Shown here in pieces: positions 1-7,686 of a DNA stretch of 64,000 bases. The notes below the pieces were generated by a model. The model saw nothing but the letters and a program-made list of their open reading frames with translations. It was not told where the DNA came from and searched no databases. The translations under genes were made by a program, and so were the position numbers. Source of the DNA: an uncultured Candidatus Saccharibacteria bacterium (GTDB lineage Bacteria; Patescibacteriota; Minisyncoccia; Phycocordibacterales; UBA9973); NCBI GenBank assembly GCA_964527185.1, contig CAZGOI010000001.1, positions 6,010-70,009 of the forward strand, read 5' to 3'. Position 1 is the stretch's first letter; each line of letters starts with the position of its first letter.

Positions 1-1239
1 ATGATTCTCATAGTTGCGGGACTCACTATAGCTTTCTCGAAAAAAATAAAAAATATCCAAAAAATAATCGTAGCCGAAACCACAGCACTCGCTGGTGCGA
101 CAACTGAATCGCTTCGCAATATCGAGCTCGTCAAAAGCCTGGGGCTGACCATGCAAGAAGTCGACCGACTCAACGCCACAACAGAAAAAATCTTGCTGCT
201 TGAACTAAAAAAGTTGCGCTATTTGAGGACGCTGGATTTTATCCAAGGTACAGTGACCAATCTGGTTCGTGCAGGACTATATCTATTCCTTTTCTATCTT
301 ATCTTCACCGAGCGCATTACTTTTGGGCAATATGTTTCTCTAAATATTTATTCTTTCTGGTTATTCTTCCCTGTCGGACAAATCGCCGCCTATATTGGTA
401 CGTACAGGCAAGCCGAGGCCTCGCTCATCAACTACTCGACCCTTATGAAAACGGCGCCTGAACCAAAAGCACCTAACCCAACGATGATAGGGGGAGTGTC
501 TAACCTTGAATTTAGAGATGTCTCTTTCTATTATCGCTCGAGTGTATCGGTACCGGCGCTATCTAACATCTCTTACAAAGTGAACAAGGGCCAAACCATT
601 GCCTTTGTCGGGCCTTCGGGTTCGGGCAAGACATCGCTCATGAAACTCTTAGTCGGCCTCTATACACCGACATCAGGATCTATCTATTACAACAGTATTG
701 CTTATGACAAAATAGACAAAGAAGAACTTCGAACACAGATCGGGTTTGTTACCCAAGATACCCAACTTTTTTCTGGGACGATCAGAGAAAATTTGCTCTT
801 CGTTAACCCAAAAGCAACTGATAAAGAATGCTTGGATGCACTAGAAAAAGCCCAGTGCCAAAATCTGCTCGAGCGCGGAGGCAAGGGACTCGACACCGTC
901 ATAGGCGAAGGTGGGGTCAAAGTCTCGGGCGGAGAAAAGCAACGCCTGTCTATTGCCCGAGCGTTACTTCGAAAACCAAAACTTCTTATTTTTGACGAAG
1001 CGACGAGCGCGCTCGACACACTGACCGAACAAGAAATTTCAAAAACAATTAAATCAATCGGTGAAGCGAGTGAGCATGTTACTATTTTGATCGCTCACAG
1101 ACTCTCGACCATCATGCACGCTGACCATATCTATGTACTCGAAAAAGGTTCGGTCGTCGAATCTGGCTCGCACCAGAATCTGATAGACCAAAAAGGACTC
1201 TACGCCGCCATGTGGCGCGAACAGATCGGAGAGAAATAA
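1..1239 (+). CDS. ABC transporter permease/ATP-binding protein, C-terminal part (5' end truncated by the window edge); exporter type with fused TMD-NBD
   Basis: Walker A GPSGSGKTS, ABC signature LSGGEKQRLSIARAL, Walker B LLIFDEATSALD and H-loop AHRL. A TM region precedes the NBD. The ORF is open from position 1. Confidence 0.85.
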   Translation: MILIVAGLTIAFSKKIKNIQKIIVAETTALAGATTESLRNIELVKSLGLTMQEVDRLNATTEKILLLELKKLRYLRTLDFIQGTVTNLVRAGLYLFLFYLIFTERITFGQYVSLNIYSFWLFFPVGQIAAYIGTYRQAEASLINYSTLMKTAPEPKAPNPTMIGGVSNLEFRDVSFYYRSSVSVPALSNISYKVNKGQTIAFVGPSGSGKTSLMKLLVGLYTPTSGSIYYNSIAYDKIDKEELRTQIGFVTQDTQLFSGTIRENLLFVNPKATDKECLDALEKAQCQNLLERGGKGLDTVIGEGGVKVSGGEKQRLSIARALLRKPKLLIFDEATSALDTLTEQEISKTIKSIGEASEHVTILIAHRLSTIMHADHIYVLEKGSVVESGSHQNLIDQKGLYAAMWREQIGEK

Positions 1240-1247
1240 AAATTAAA

Positions 1248-2177
1248 TCATCTTTCTATTAAAACCTTCTTGAGTTTATATCCATTGCAATGAGAAATAA
1301 TTCCAAGATATGATTGTAGAGTTTCATTTGATAATTTTCTTCTCGCTTTTTTTAGTATTCTTCTCTTTGTATTAGTACGCAATACTTTATAATGAGGTAA
1401 AATAATGTACCCTAAAAAGTCAATTCCTTGTGTCACTTTTCTAATTTCTACTTTTCGTGGATGAAGAGGTAGATTTAGTCTTTCTTTCAGAAACAAAGAT
1501 ATATCTACAATAAGAGATTCGAGATATCTTTTATCATGAGATATAACTACAAAGTCATCAGCGTACCGTATGTAGTATTTTGCTTTTAATCTATGTTTCA
1601 TGTGCTGATCAAATTCATTGAGGTAGATATTTGAAAAGAGCTGACTAGTAACATTCCCAAGTGGTAATCCTTTACCTCTAGATTTTTCAAAGCTTTGAAT
1701 GATATTTTTTATAAGCCATTTGGTATTCTCGTCTATATAATTTTTAAAAAGTATATTTTGTAGTAAGGAGTGATCTATCGAGTCAAAAAATTTTGAAATA
1801 TCGCATTTGAGAACCCATGTAGGTCTAGTATAATTTTTACTCTCTTTTCTTATAAAATCTTCAAGTCTTTGTACTCCTTTATGAGTACCCTTACCAACTC
1901 TACATGAATACGAATCATGAATAAATGATTTATCATATACATGGTAAAGAACTCTATATATTACTTGGTGGACAACCCTATCTCTAACTTGTGACTTATG
2001 GATATGTCGGCGCTTTGGATCGTAGACATAGAATGATATATATGGCTGATTTGTATATGTTTTGTTGACTAATTCATTATGTAGTGAGAAAATATTTGAT
2101 TCTAAATTAAATTCAAATTTTTGAATATCTTTCTTTTTAGTTTTACCCTTCCTGAATTCTCGCCATGCTCCGAGCAA
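1248..2177 (-). CDS. Diversity-generating retroelement (DGR) reverse transcriptase, bRT-like
   Basis: The 309-aa protein has an RT palm with YADD (RYADDFVV). Its motif 4 reads LPLGNVTSQLFSNIYL, i.e. the DGR-specific [ILV]GxxxSQ in place of the group II QG motif. The N-terminus (AWREFRKGK) and C-terminus (GIDFLGYIILPHYKVLR) parallel Bordetella phage bRT. There is no maturase or endonuclease domain. A cognate TR/VR pair lies adjacent. Confidence 0.9.
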   Translation of the reverse strand: MLGAWREFRKGKTKKKDIQKFEFNLESNIFSLHNELVNKTYTNQPYISFYVYDPKRRHIHKSQVRDRVVHQVIYRVLYHVYDKSFIHDSYSCRVGKGTHKGVQRLEDFIRKESKNYTRPTWVLKCDISKFFDSIDHSLLQNILFKNYIDENTKWLIKNIIQSFEKSRGKGLPLGNVTSQLFSNIYLNEFDQHMKHRLKAKYYIRYADDFVVISHDKRYLESLIVDISLFLKERLNLPLHPRKVEIRKVTQGIDFLGYIILPHYKVLRTNTKRRILKKARRKLSNETLQSYLGIISHCNGYKLKKVLIER

Positions 2178-2304
2178 ATTTGAAAGAGATGTGATAGTAT
2201 GAAAAATATCACTATGAGTACCCCCCCCCCGACAAACTATTGAGCTTCCTATTATCGGTCATATAAAAAGAGTATACAAAATTATCTACACAATCGGAAC
2301 AGCA

Positions 2305-2592
2305 ATGCCGAAACACCACAAGCTTGGTATTCATAAAACAATAGAAGAAAAATGTCTCGCAATTCTATCGCTCTCGATCGACTGTGCATTGCGACCGAAA
2401 CAAGAAAAATCACATCTTGTAGCAACTTTACGCATAGAAATAGAGACACTAAAGCATCTCATTCGTATGGAAAACGAATTAGGAATTATTAAAGAAAAGA
2501 CATATCTCACTATTGCCGGTTTATTACAAGACATATCTATGATGGCAACCGGCTGGCATAAATCACTTCAAACACAAAAGCCCCTGCTCTAA
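2305..2592 (+). CDS. Avd-like four-helix-bundle accessory protein (23S rRNA IVS-protein family), short or truncated; opposite strand to the RT
   Basis: The C-terminal half (ATLRIEIETLKHLIRMENELGIIKEKTYLTIAGLLQDISMM) follows the IVP/Avd pattern A.GSL.EL.yhL.l...LGYI...Y..L....vs.ML.gL. It lies between the RT and the TR. It is only 95 aa, whereas Avd is usually about 110-130 aa. Confidence 0.45.
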   Translation: MPKHHKLGIHKTIEEKCLAILSLSIDCALRPKQEKSHLVATLRIEIETLKHLIRMENELGIIKEKTYLTIAGLLQDISMMATGWHKSLQTQKPLL

Positions 2593-2606
2593 GCAAGGGC
2601 TTTGCG

Positions 2607-2726
2607 AGAAACTTCTGACGAAGACCATAATCCGCATTACGGTTGTCACGATTGTCGTAGCTCACGTTGAACTGACCATTAGTGTTCCGGTTCATGTTCA
2701 TGGCGTTGCTATTAGAATCAAGAGCT
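2607..2726 (-). repeat. DGR template repeat (TR)
   Basis: The 110-nt core 2617..2726 aligns without gaps to 2974..3083. All 16 mismatches fall at T on the plus strand here, which is A on the minus (coding) strand. In the target frame the TR encodes AAC/AAT/GAC at the positions that vary in the VR. Confidence 0.85.
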
Positions 2727-2914
2727 TATCTGTATATAACCATCTACTCACCGTGTGTCGTATACACGATACACTGTGTTACACAGCTTGAGCTGGCTTT
2801 GTTTGAAATAATATATCTCCAGTTATACACAGGCAGTTTCTAAATAGTGGCAAACTATCATCTTTTTACAGACTAGCTTTATAGCCAAACTTAGTATATA
2901 TAAAAAAGTACACT

Positions 2915-2944
2915 TCACAAAATTTCGCAAAGTGTACAAGATAA
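2915..2944 (-). other. Inverted repeat/hairpin immediately 3' of the VR and stop codon: possible terminator and/or DGR homing-associated hairpin
   Basis: gtacactt-N14-aagtgtac forms an 8-bp perfect stem 16 nt downstream of the target stop codon, followed on the minus strand by a T-rich run. Confidence 0.4.
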
Positions 2945-2959
2945 AAAAAAATAAAAGGA

Positions 2960-3709
2960 TTAGAAACGAACTTGACGAAGACCATAACCCGCATTACGGG
3001 AGCCACGATTGCCGTAGCTCACGCCGAACTGACCAAGAGTGTTCCGGCACATGCTCATGGCGTCGCTATCAGAATCAAGAGCTGCAAAACGGGTTAAGCC
3101 TTTTACATCATACATCTTGCCGGTTTCAGTACGCTCACGGAATGCAGCAATCATGCCTTCAATCGGAATCATGAAAGTAATACTTTCTGCAATACCATCA
3201 TCGTAGCTTTTATTCAGCATGTCTGGCTCAAGCCCACCGATGTGGGCTATAACGCGGTCACCTGCTGGGCGATTTTGTTGCTCTTTTATAGCCTGGTCAA
3301 TGCTCTGCCATGCTTTCCAAACTGAATCCTTACCAAATTTTTTAGCATACGCTTCAAATACCTGATTGCAGGTAATATCTGCGAAAATGTATTCGATGCG
3401 TTTAAATGCATCGACTTTTTCTGGTAGGGTTACCTTTGTCCAGTCAATTGTACGGCCGAAGAATTTCTTGTAAAAAACTTCAATGCGTTTCTTCTCTTCA
3501 GTCCATTGGTTGGCTTTAATCCCGAAAATTTCTTCACAGAACTTTTCGGTCAACTTCTCAATTTCATGTTCAGGACTCAATACCAAGTGATTGGCATCTT
3601 CAAAAGAAAGTTTTCTGCTATCTCCAAGGATACGGGTAACAGTTCCAGCGATTTTGAAACCCACTGCGGACAGCTGTCCGTAACCGGCAGGGTTGAATTG
3701 ATTTGTCAT
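2960..3709 (-). CDS. DGR target (variable) protein, C-type-lectin/FGE-like fold predicted from the VR-encoded C-terminal motif
   Basis: A 249-aa ORF with the VR at its C-terminus. The terminal …GYGLRQVRF resembles the canonical …GFRxV end of CLec-fold DGR targets. No signal peptide is visible. Confidence 0.8.
   Translation of the reverse strand: MTNQFNPAGYGQLSAVGFKIAGTVTRILGDSRKLSFEDANHLVLSPEHEIEKLTEKFCEEIFGIKANQWTEEKKRIEVFYKKFFGRTIDWTKVTLPEKVDAFKRIEYIFADITCNQVFEAYAKKFGKDSVWKAWQSIDQAIKEQQNRPAGDRVIAHIGGLEPDMLNKSYDDGIAESITFMIPIEGMIAAFRERTETGKMYDVKGLTRFAALDSDSDAMSMCRNTLGQFGVSYGNRGSRNAGYGLRQVRF
2962..3083 (-). repeat. DGR variable repeat (VR) at the 3' end of the target gene
   Basis: Near-identical to the TR. 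It differs only at positions that are adenines in the TR, and it encodes the last ~40 aa of the target (…ALDSDSDAMSMCRNTLGQFGVSYGNRGSRNAGYGLRQVRF*). Confidence 0.85.
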
Positions 3710-3810
3710 TTGACTCCTCCTTTTGTTTTAAATTAGAAAATAACTATCTAGTATTTACAAATTATAAATACACGAGTCTGGCAGAATTATACACCTAAAT
3801 AGACTTTTTG

Positions 3811-4566
3811 TCAAATATAAATAGCCTTATAAAAAAGGGTTATCTGACCAGCATCACCAAGTGAGGTAAAAAATTCTGGCTCTGTTTTGATACCCGCTGG
3901 TAGAATATTATATTCTTTCACCATTTCCTCTACCCTTCTCACTACTGCAGGTGCAGGGTCGATAATATTTACTTTATCTCCTAAAATTTTTTTGATGCGA
4001 TTTATGAGGAAAGCATAGTGGGTACAGCCGAGTACAAGCTGATCAATATTTTTCTCTATTAGTGGTTTTAAATATTTTCGCAAAAGTTTTTCAGCTTCGT
4101 CACTATCTCCCCTTCCATCTTCGATGAGTTCGACGAGTCCGTCACCAACTACTGTATGGACTTCTACATTACTAGTAAATCGCTCGATCGTATCATGGAG
4201 TTTCTGCCCTTCTGCCGTGACTTTTGTGGCGAGTACACCAATATGCCCAGTCTTCGAATTTTCGCTTGCGGGTTTTACCGCAGGTTCAATTCCTACGAAT
4301 GGCACATCGTATTTATCACGCAGGGTCGATATGGCTGCCGAGGTCGCAGTATTACAGGCAACTACTATGAGTTTGCATTTTTTTTCTATTAGAAAATCTG
4401 TGATATCGCATGAGTACTTTATAATCTCCTGGCTAGTATGGTTACCATAAGGGACATGGGCCTGATCGGCAAAATATATATAGTGATAGTTAGGCAACTT
4501 TTCAGTCAGATACTTAAGTATAGAAAGCCCCCCGATGCCAGAATCGAAAATGCCAATATTATTCAT
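3811..4566 (-). CDS. murI: Glutamate racemase
   Basis: IGIFDSGIGGLSIL at the N-terminus, VVACNTA and GCTHY motifs; about 250 aa. Confidence 0.9.
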   Translation of the reverse strand: MNNIGIFDSGIGGLSILKYLTEKLPNYHYIYFADQAHVPYGNHTSQEIIKYSCDITDFLIEKKCKLIVVACNTATSAAISTLRDKYDVPFVGIEPAVKPASENSKTGHIGVLATKVTAEGQKLHDTIERFTSNVEVHTVVGDGLVELIEDGRGDSDEAEKLLRKYLKPLIEKNIDQLVLGCTHYAFLINRIKKILGDKVNIIDPAPAVVRRVEEMVKEYNILPAGIKTEPEFFTSLGDAGQITLFYKAIYI

Positions 4567-4570
4567 GGGA

Positions 4571-5260
4571 TTATTTTACCACAATCAACTTCTTTGGTGA
4601 TTTGGTAAGTGGAATGCACCCTGCATCTGTTATATGGCAAGTGTCTTCTATCCTTATGCCCAATTTATTTTTTATATAAATCCCGGGTTCGATTGTAATA
4701 ATCATATTTTCTTTTAGAACTGGGCGAGTCTTTTTATAATATATCCTAGGTGTTTCGTGAATCTTAGTACCGACCCCGTGCCCAAGAGTATGAATAAAGT
4801 TTTTGGAATATTTACCTAAAAAATTTCTAACATATGCATCTAGGCTTGCGCATTTCTCGCCTATATTTGCTATATTTATTGCGCCTTGTTGAGAGGCAAG
4901 TAATTTATTATATAAATCTTTTTCTTTTTTGGTTGGTTTACCTATATAGAGAGTCCGTGTCATATCCGACATGTACTTTTTATATACCACGCCAAAGTCG
5001 ACAATAACAAATCCAGAAAGTTTTTTATCGAGCGGATCAAAAGGGTGAATTTCGTTGCCGGCATGCCTGCCTGAAGTAACGATAGGTTTAAAACTTGGCT
5101 TTAGTTTTCTTTTTTTAATCTCATAGAGAATAGAGTCGCGAAGTTGTCGTTCGCTAATATTCTTGAGATCTTGTTTTAAAATATTTTTAAAAATGGCATC
5201 CGTTGCTTGGCATGCCATTTTTATTTTTTTAATTTCGCTTTTAGTTTTTATCTGGGCCAT
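4571..5260 (-). CDS. M24 family metallopeptidase (methionine aminopeptidase-like pita-bread fold)
   Basis: Metal-ligand pattern D..D (VIVDFG…SDMTRT), HGVGTKIHE, TIEPGIY and IRIEDT; 229 aa. Confidence 0.7.
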   Translation of the reverse strand: MAQIKTKSEIKKIKMACQATDAIFKNILKQDLKNISERQLRDSILYEIKKRKLKPSFKPIVTSGRHAGNEIHPFDPLDKKLSGFVIVDFGVVYKKYMSDMTRTLYIGKPTKKEKDLYNKLLASQQGAINIANIGEKCASLDAYVRNFLGKYSKNFIHTLGHGVGTKIHETPRIYYKKTRPVLKENMIITIEPGIYIKNKLGIRIEDTCHITDAGCIPLTKSPKKLIVVK

Positions 5261-5263
5261 TGA

Positions 5264-5683
5264 TTAGTGCCAAGCACCGAGAATTAATCCGAAAACTGCA
5301 AATGTTAGAAATTGCGCACCAGTAGAAATCCAGAACAATTTCCAAGCCATTTTTTTTGATTTACCACTCCAAAGTGCCGCACCAGCCGTTGTTGTCATCA
5401 CAAACCCAAACCAACTGCATAGAGCAATCGCAATCGCAGGAACACTTTTGTCCCCCCAATTTACTATGTGATAATCTAGAACTCCAGCTGTAATAAGTGA
5501 GAGCACAAATTGCAAAAAATACATTCCGCCCATGCTTTTTTTCATGGCTGCTTTCTGTTCTGGGCTCATCATGTCTGCGCCCATTACCTTCATATAAGCC
5601 TTACCAAAGATTGGCCCATACCACAAAAACCCTACGACCATTGCTGCTATACCACAAACCAAAACCGCAACATAATTAATCAT
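5264..5683 (-). CDS. Small membrane protein, DUF1761-like
   Basis: The WYGPIFGKAYMK motif and 3-4 TM helices. The start was chosen at an internal Met (MINYVAV) because the long ORF would overlap msrB. Confidence 0.5.
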   Translation of the reverse strand: MINYVAVLVCGIAAMVVGFLWYGPIFGKAYMKVMGADMMSPEQKAAMKKSMGGMYFLQFVLSLITAGVLDYHIVNWGDKSVPAIAIALCSWFGFVMTTTAGAALWSGKSKKMAWKLFWISTGAQFLTFAVFGLILGAWH

Positions 5684-5733
5684 AAATTTGTAATAATATT
5701 TATAATTTTTGCAGGGACTGGCTGCAAATATTG

Positions 5734-6114
5734 TCAGCTGCTTTTCTCCAAATCGAGAGCGCAAGAATTCATGCAAAAGCGCTGTCCGGTTGTTTCGCGC
5801 GGACCATCGTTGAATTTGTGGCCCAGGTGCGCGCCGCAGTTTGCACATACAACCTCGGTACGATTCATGCCGTGGCTCGTATCATCTCTAAATAAAACTG
5901 CATTGGGCAAAGACTCATCAAAAGACGGCCAGCCTGTACCAGAATCGAATTTTTTATCCGAAGAAAAAAGTGGGTTGCCGCAGACTTTGCAATTATAGGT
6001 CCCATTTGCTGTCTCTTTATAATACTTGCCAGAAAAAGGAGCTTCAGTTCCCTTTTCTTGGGTCACATGATATTCTTCGGAAGTCAATTTTTTCTTTAAT
6101 TCTTCTTTATCCAT
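5734..6114 (-). CDS. msrB: Peptide-methionine (R)-S-oxide reductase
   Basis: SelR domain with two CxxC pairs (CKVCGNPLF … CANCGAHLGH) and GTGWPSF. Confidence 0.9.
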   Translation of the reverse strand: MDKEELKKKLTSEEYHVTQEKGTEAPFSGKYYKETANGTYNCKVCGNPLFSSDKKFDSGTGWPSFDESLPNAVLFRDDTSHGMNRTEVVCANCGAHLGHKFNDGPRETTGQRFCMNSCALDLEKSS

Positions 6115-6120
6115 AAATAC

Positions 6121-6990
6121 TTACGGAGTAGGTGTCGTGGTATTTGTTGTCGTATCTCCTGAACTTGGTAAGGTTCCGAGTTGTTTCTTCATCCACATTT
6201 TAAACCTAGGACCTACTATGCCATCTTGTCTTAATCCATTCTTTTTTTGCAATTCCACGACCGCGCGCTTTGTGGTCGGACCGAATTTACCGTCCGTAGA
6301 AATATTGAATCCTTCAACATTTAGAAAAGTTTGTAGCCTTTTAACATCGTCATTTCCTTGTGTATTTTGATTTGAATCACCAGTTTGTAATTCGTCGATT
6401 TTCTGATCCATTGCTCCTTGGCGAAGGATTTTCATTATAAGATCACCTTGACCATTTGCAATCAAAGCCTTGAGTCCGTCGACGATTGTTTTGATTTGAT
6501 CAGGGGTGAGTTGTAACTTTGGAATAATACATTTAGTAGTGATGTCGGTTGTTGATTGTGCATTTGATACTGCGCACGGAGTAGGCATGGGTACTGGGGG
6601 AATAGGATGAATATCGCCACTTGTGCTTCCGTTAGAATTTTGTCCGATAGGAGGAAAAGTTTGAGGGTTTATAGTACCTCCTGTAGTTCCACTATCTGAT
6701 CCAGTTGAAGTAGTCGGCTTCGGACAAAGAGCGCCCGTCATCGGATTGTACATATAATTCGTCATACACCCACTACCGTCCTTTGGTGGCATGGGTACTG
6801 GAGGAAGAGGATATGTATTTATGTCGGTATTACTTGTAGTTGTGGCACCGAGTACTGATCCTATATTTTTGTAACTATCGAGGTCGTTTACTACATCCGA
6901 TAATGTCATGGCACGACCAATAAAAGGGAAACTTATTATAAAAGCAAAAAATGCTATTGTAAACAATGTTAGTTTTTTCATAATCTGCAT
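6121..6990 (-). CDS. Secreted protein with C-terminal peptidoglycan-binding domain (PG_binding_1-like) and Pro-rich repeats
   Basis: N-terminal TM/signal peptide, repeated PIPPVPMP segments, and a C-terminal DVKRLQTFLNVEGF…GKFGPTTKRAVVELQKKNGL…DGIVG. Confidence 0.6.
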   Translation of the reverse strand: MQIMKKLTLFTIAFFAFIISFPFIGRAMTLSDVVNDLDSYKNIGSVLGATTTSNTDINTYPLPPVPMPPKDGSGCMTNYMYNPMTGALCPKPTTSTGSDSGTTGGTINPQTFPPIGQNSNGSTSGDIHPIPPVPMPTPCAVSNAQSTTDITTKCIIPKLQLTPDQIKTIVDGLKALIANGQGDLIMKILRQGAMDQKIDELQTGDSNQNTQGNDDVKRLQTFLNVEGFNISTDGKFGPTTKRAVVELQKKNGLRQDGIVGPRFKMWMKKQLGTLPSSGDTTTNTTTPTP

Positions 6991-7685
6991 TATACCACTT
7001 GTTTCTGCATATAGGCAAGCCAGTAATCGCGTTTATAGACTTTGCTACCCATTCTGGTGTAGCCTGCTTTTTTCATAAGTTTAAGTATCTTGAAAAACCC
7101 TCCGTACGCGAGAGTGAAATCATCTTTTGAAAAAACTCGCTCGGTTAAATTCAGTTCTTTTAAAATGTATGTATCTTTTTCTTTGCCGGGGTTATTTTTT
7201 AATAAATTTTTCACATTCTTGTTTCCATCTTTGCAAAGGGCTCGAACAAAAAAATATCCGCTGGGTTTTAAGACTCTGTGTACTTCCTTGATATAAACTT
7301 CTCTACCACGCTCGTCGAGAGAATTTGACGAAGTGACATCAAGCACGATATCGATCGATGAATTTTCTATATCATATTTGTCCCCGATATTATGCAGGCG
7401 GTAGTCTACATCGACACCCGCGTCCGTCGCGTTATTTTTTGCCAGAGATATTGCAGTTTTTGAAATTTCAAAACCTATAACTTCATTTCCAAGGCCTGCC
7501 AGATAATTTGCATTGCGACCAGTACCCGAGCCTAGGTCGAGTATTTTTAGGTTTTCTATTTCAAGCCCCATCTCTTTCTTTAAAAATTTCAAGAACCGCA
7601 AAACATCGTTTTGTGGTTTGTCGCCGCCGGTCATCAGTTTTGGGTTTTGGTACTCTCTGTCCCAAATATTTCTTTGGTCGGGCAT
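6990..7685 (-). CDS. Class I SAM-dependent methyltransferase
   Basis: Motif I ILDLGSGTGRNANYLA and a Rossmann-like pattern. Confidence 0.75.
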   Translation of the reverse strand: MPDQRNIWDREYQNPKLMTGGDKPQNDVLRFLKFLKKEMGLEIENLKILDLGSGTGRNANYLAGLGNEVIGFEISKTAISLAKNNATDAGVDVDYRLHNIGDKYDIENSSIDIVLDVTSSNSLDERGREVYIKEVHRVLKPSGYFFVRALCKDGNKNVKNLLKNNPGKEKDTYILKELNLTERVFSKDDFTLAYGGFFKILKLMKKAGYTRMGSKVYKRDYWLAYMQKQVV

Positions 7686-7686
7686 G

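Noticed and set aside
1248-2177. The possibility that the RT belongs to a group II intron or a retron.
   Set aside because: There are no maturase/X or endonuclease domains, and no intron RNA domain V/VI is evident. Motif 4 carries the DGR-specific SQ (GNVTSQ). A TR/VR pair with adenine-specific mismatches is adjacent.
2331-3174. ORFs 2331..2534 (-) and 2932..3174 (+).
   Set aside because: Their composition is not protein-like. They overlap the Avd-like ORF and the VR/target gene respectively, so they are shadow ORFs.
5264-5848. The full 194-aa ORF as the membrane-protein gene.
   Set aside because: Its N-terminal 55 codons overlap msrB and have an Arg-rich, non-membrane composition. The internal start MINYVAV gives a clean 140-aa DUF1761-like protein.
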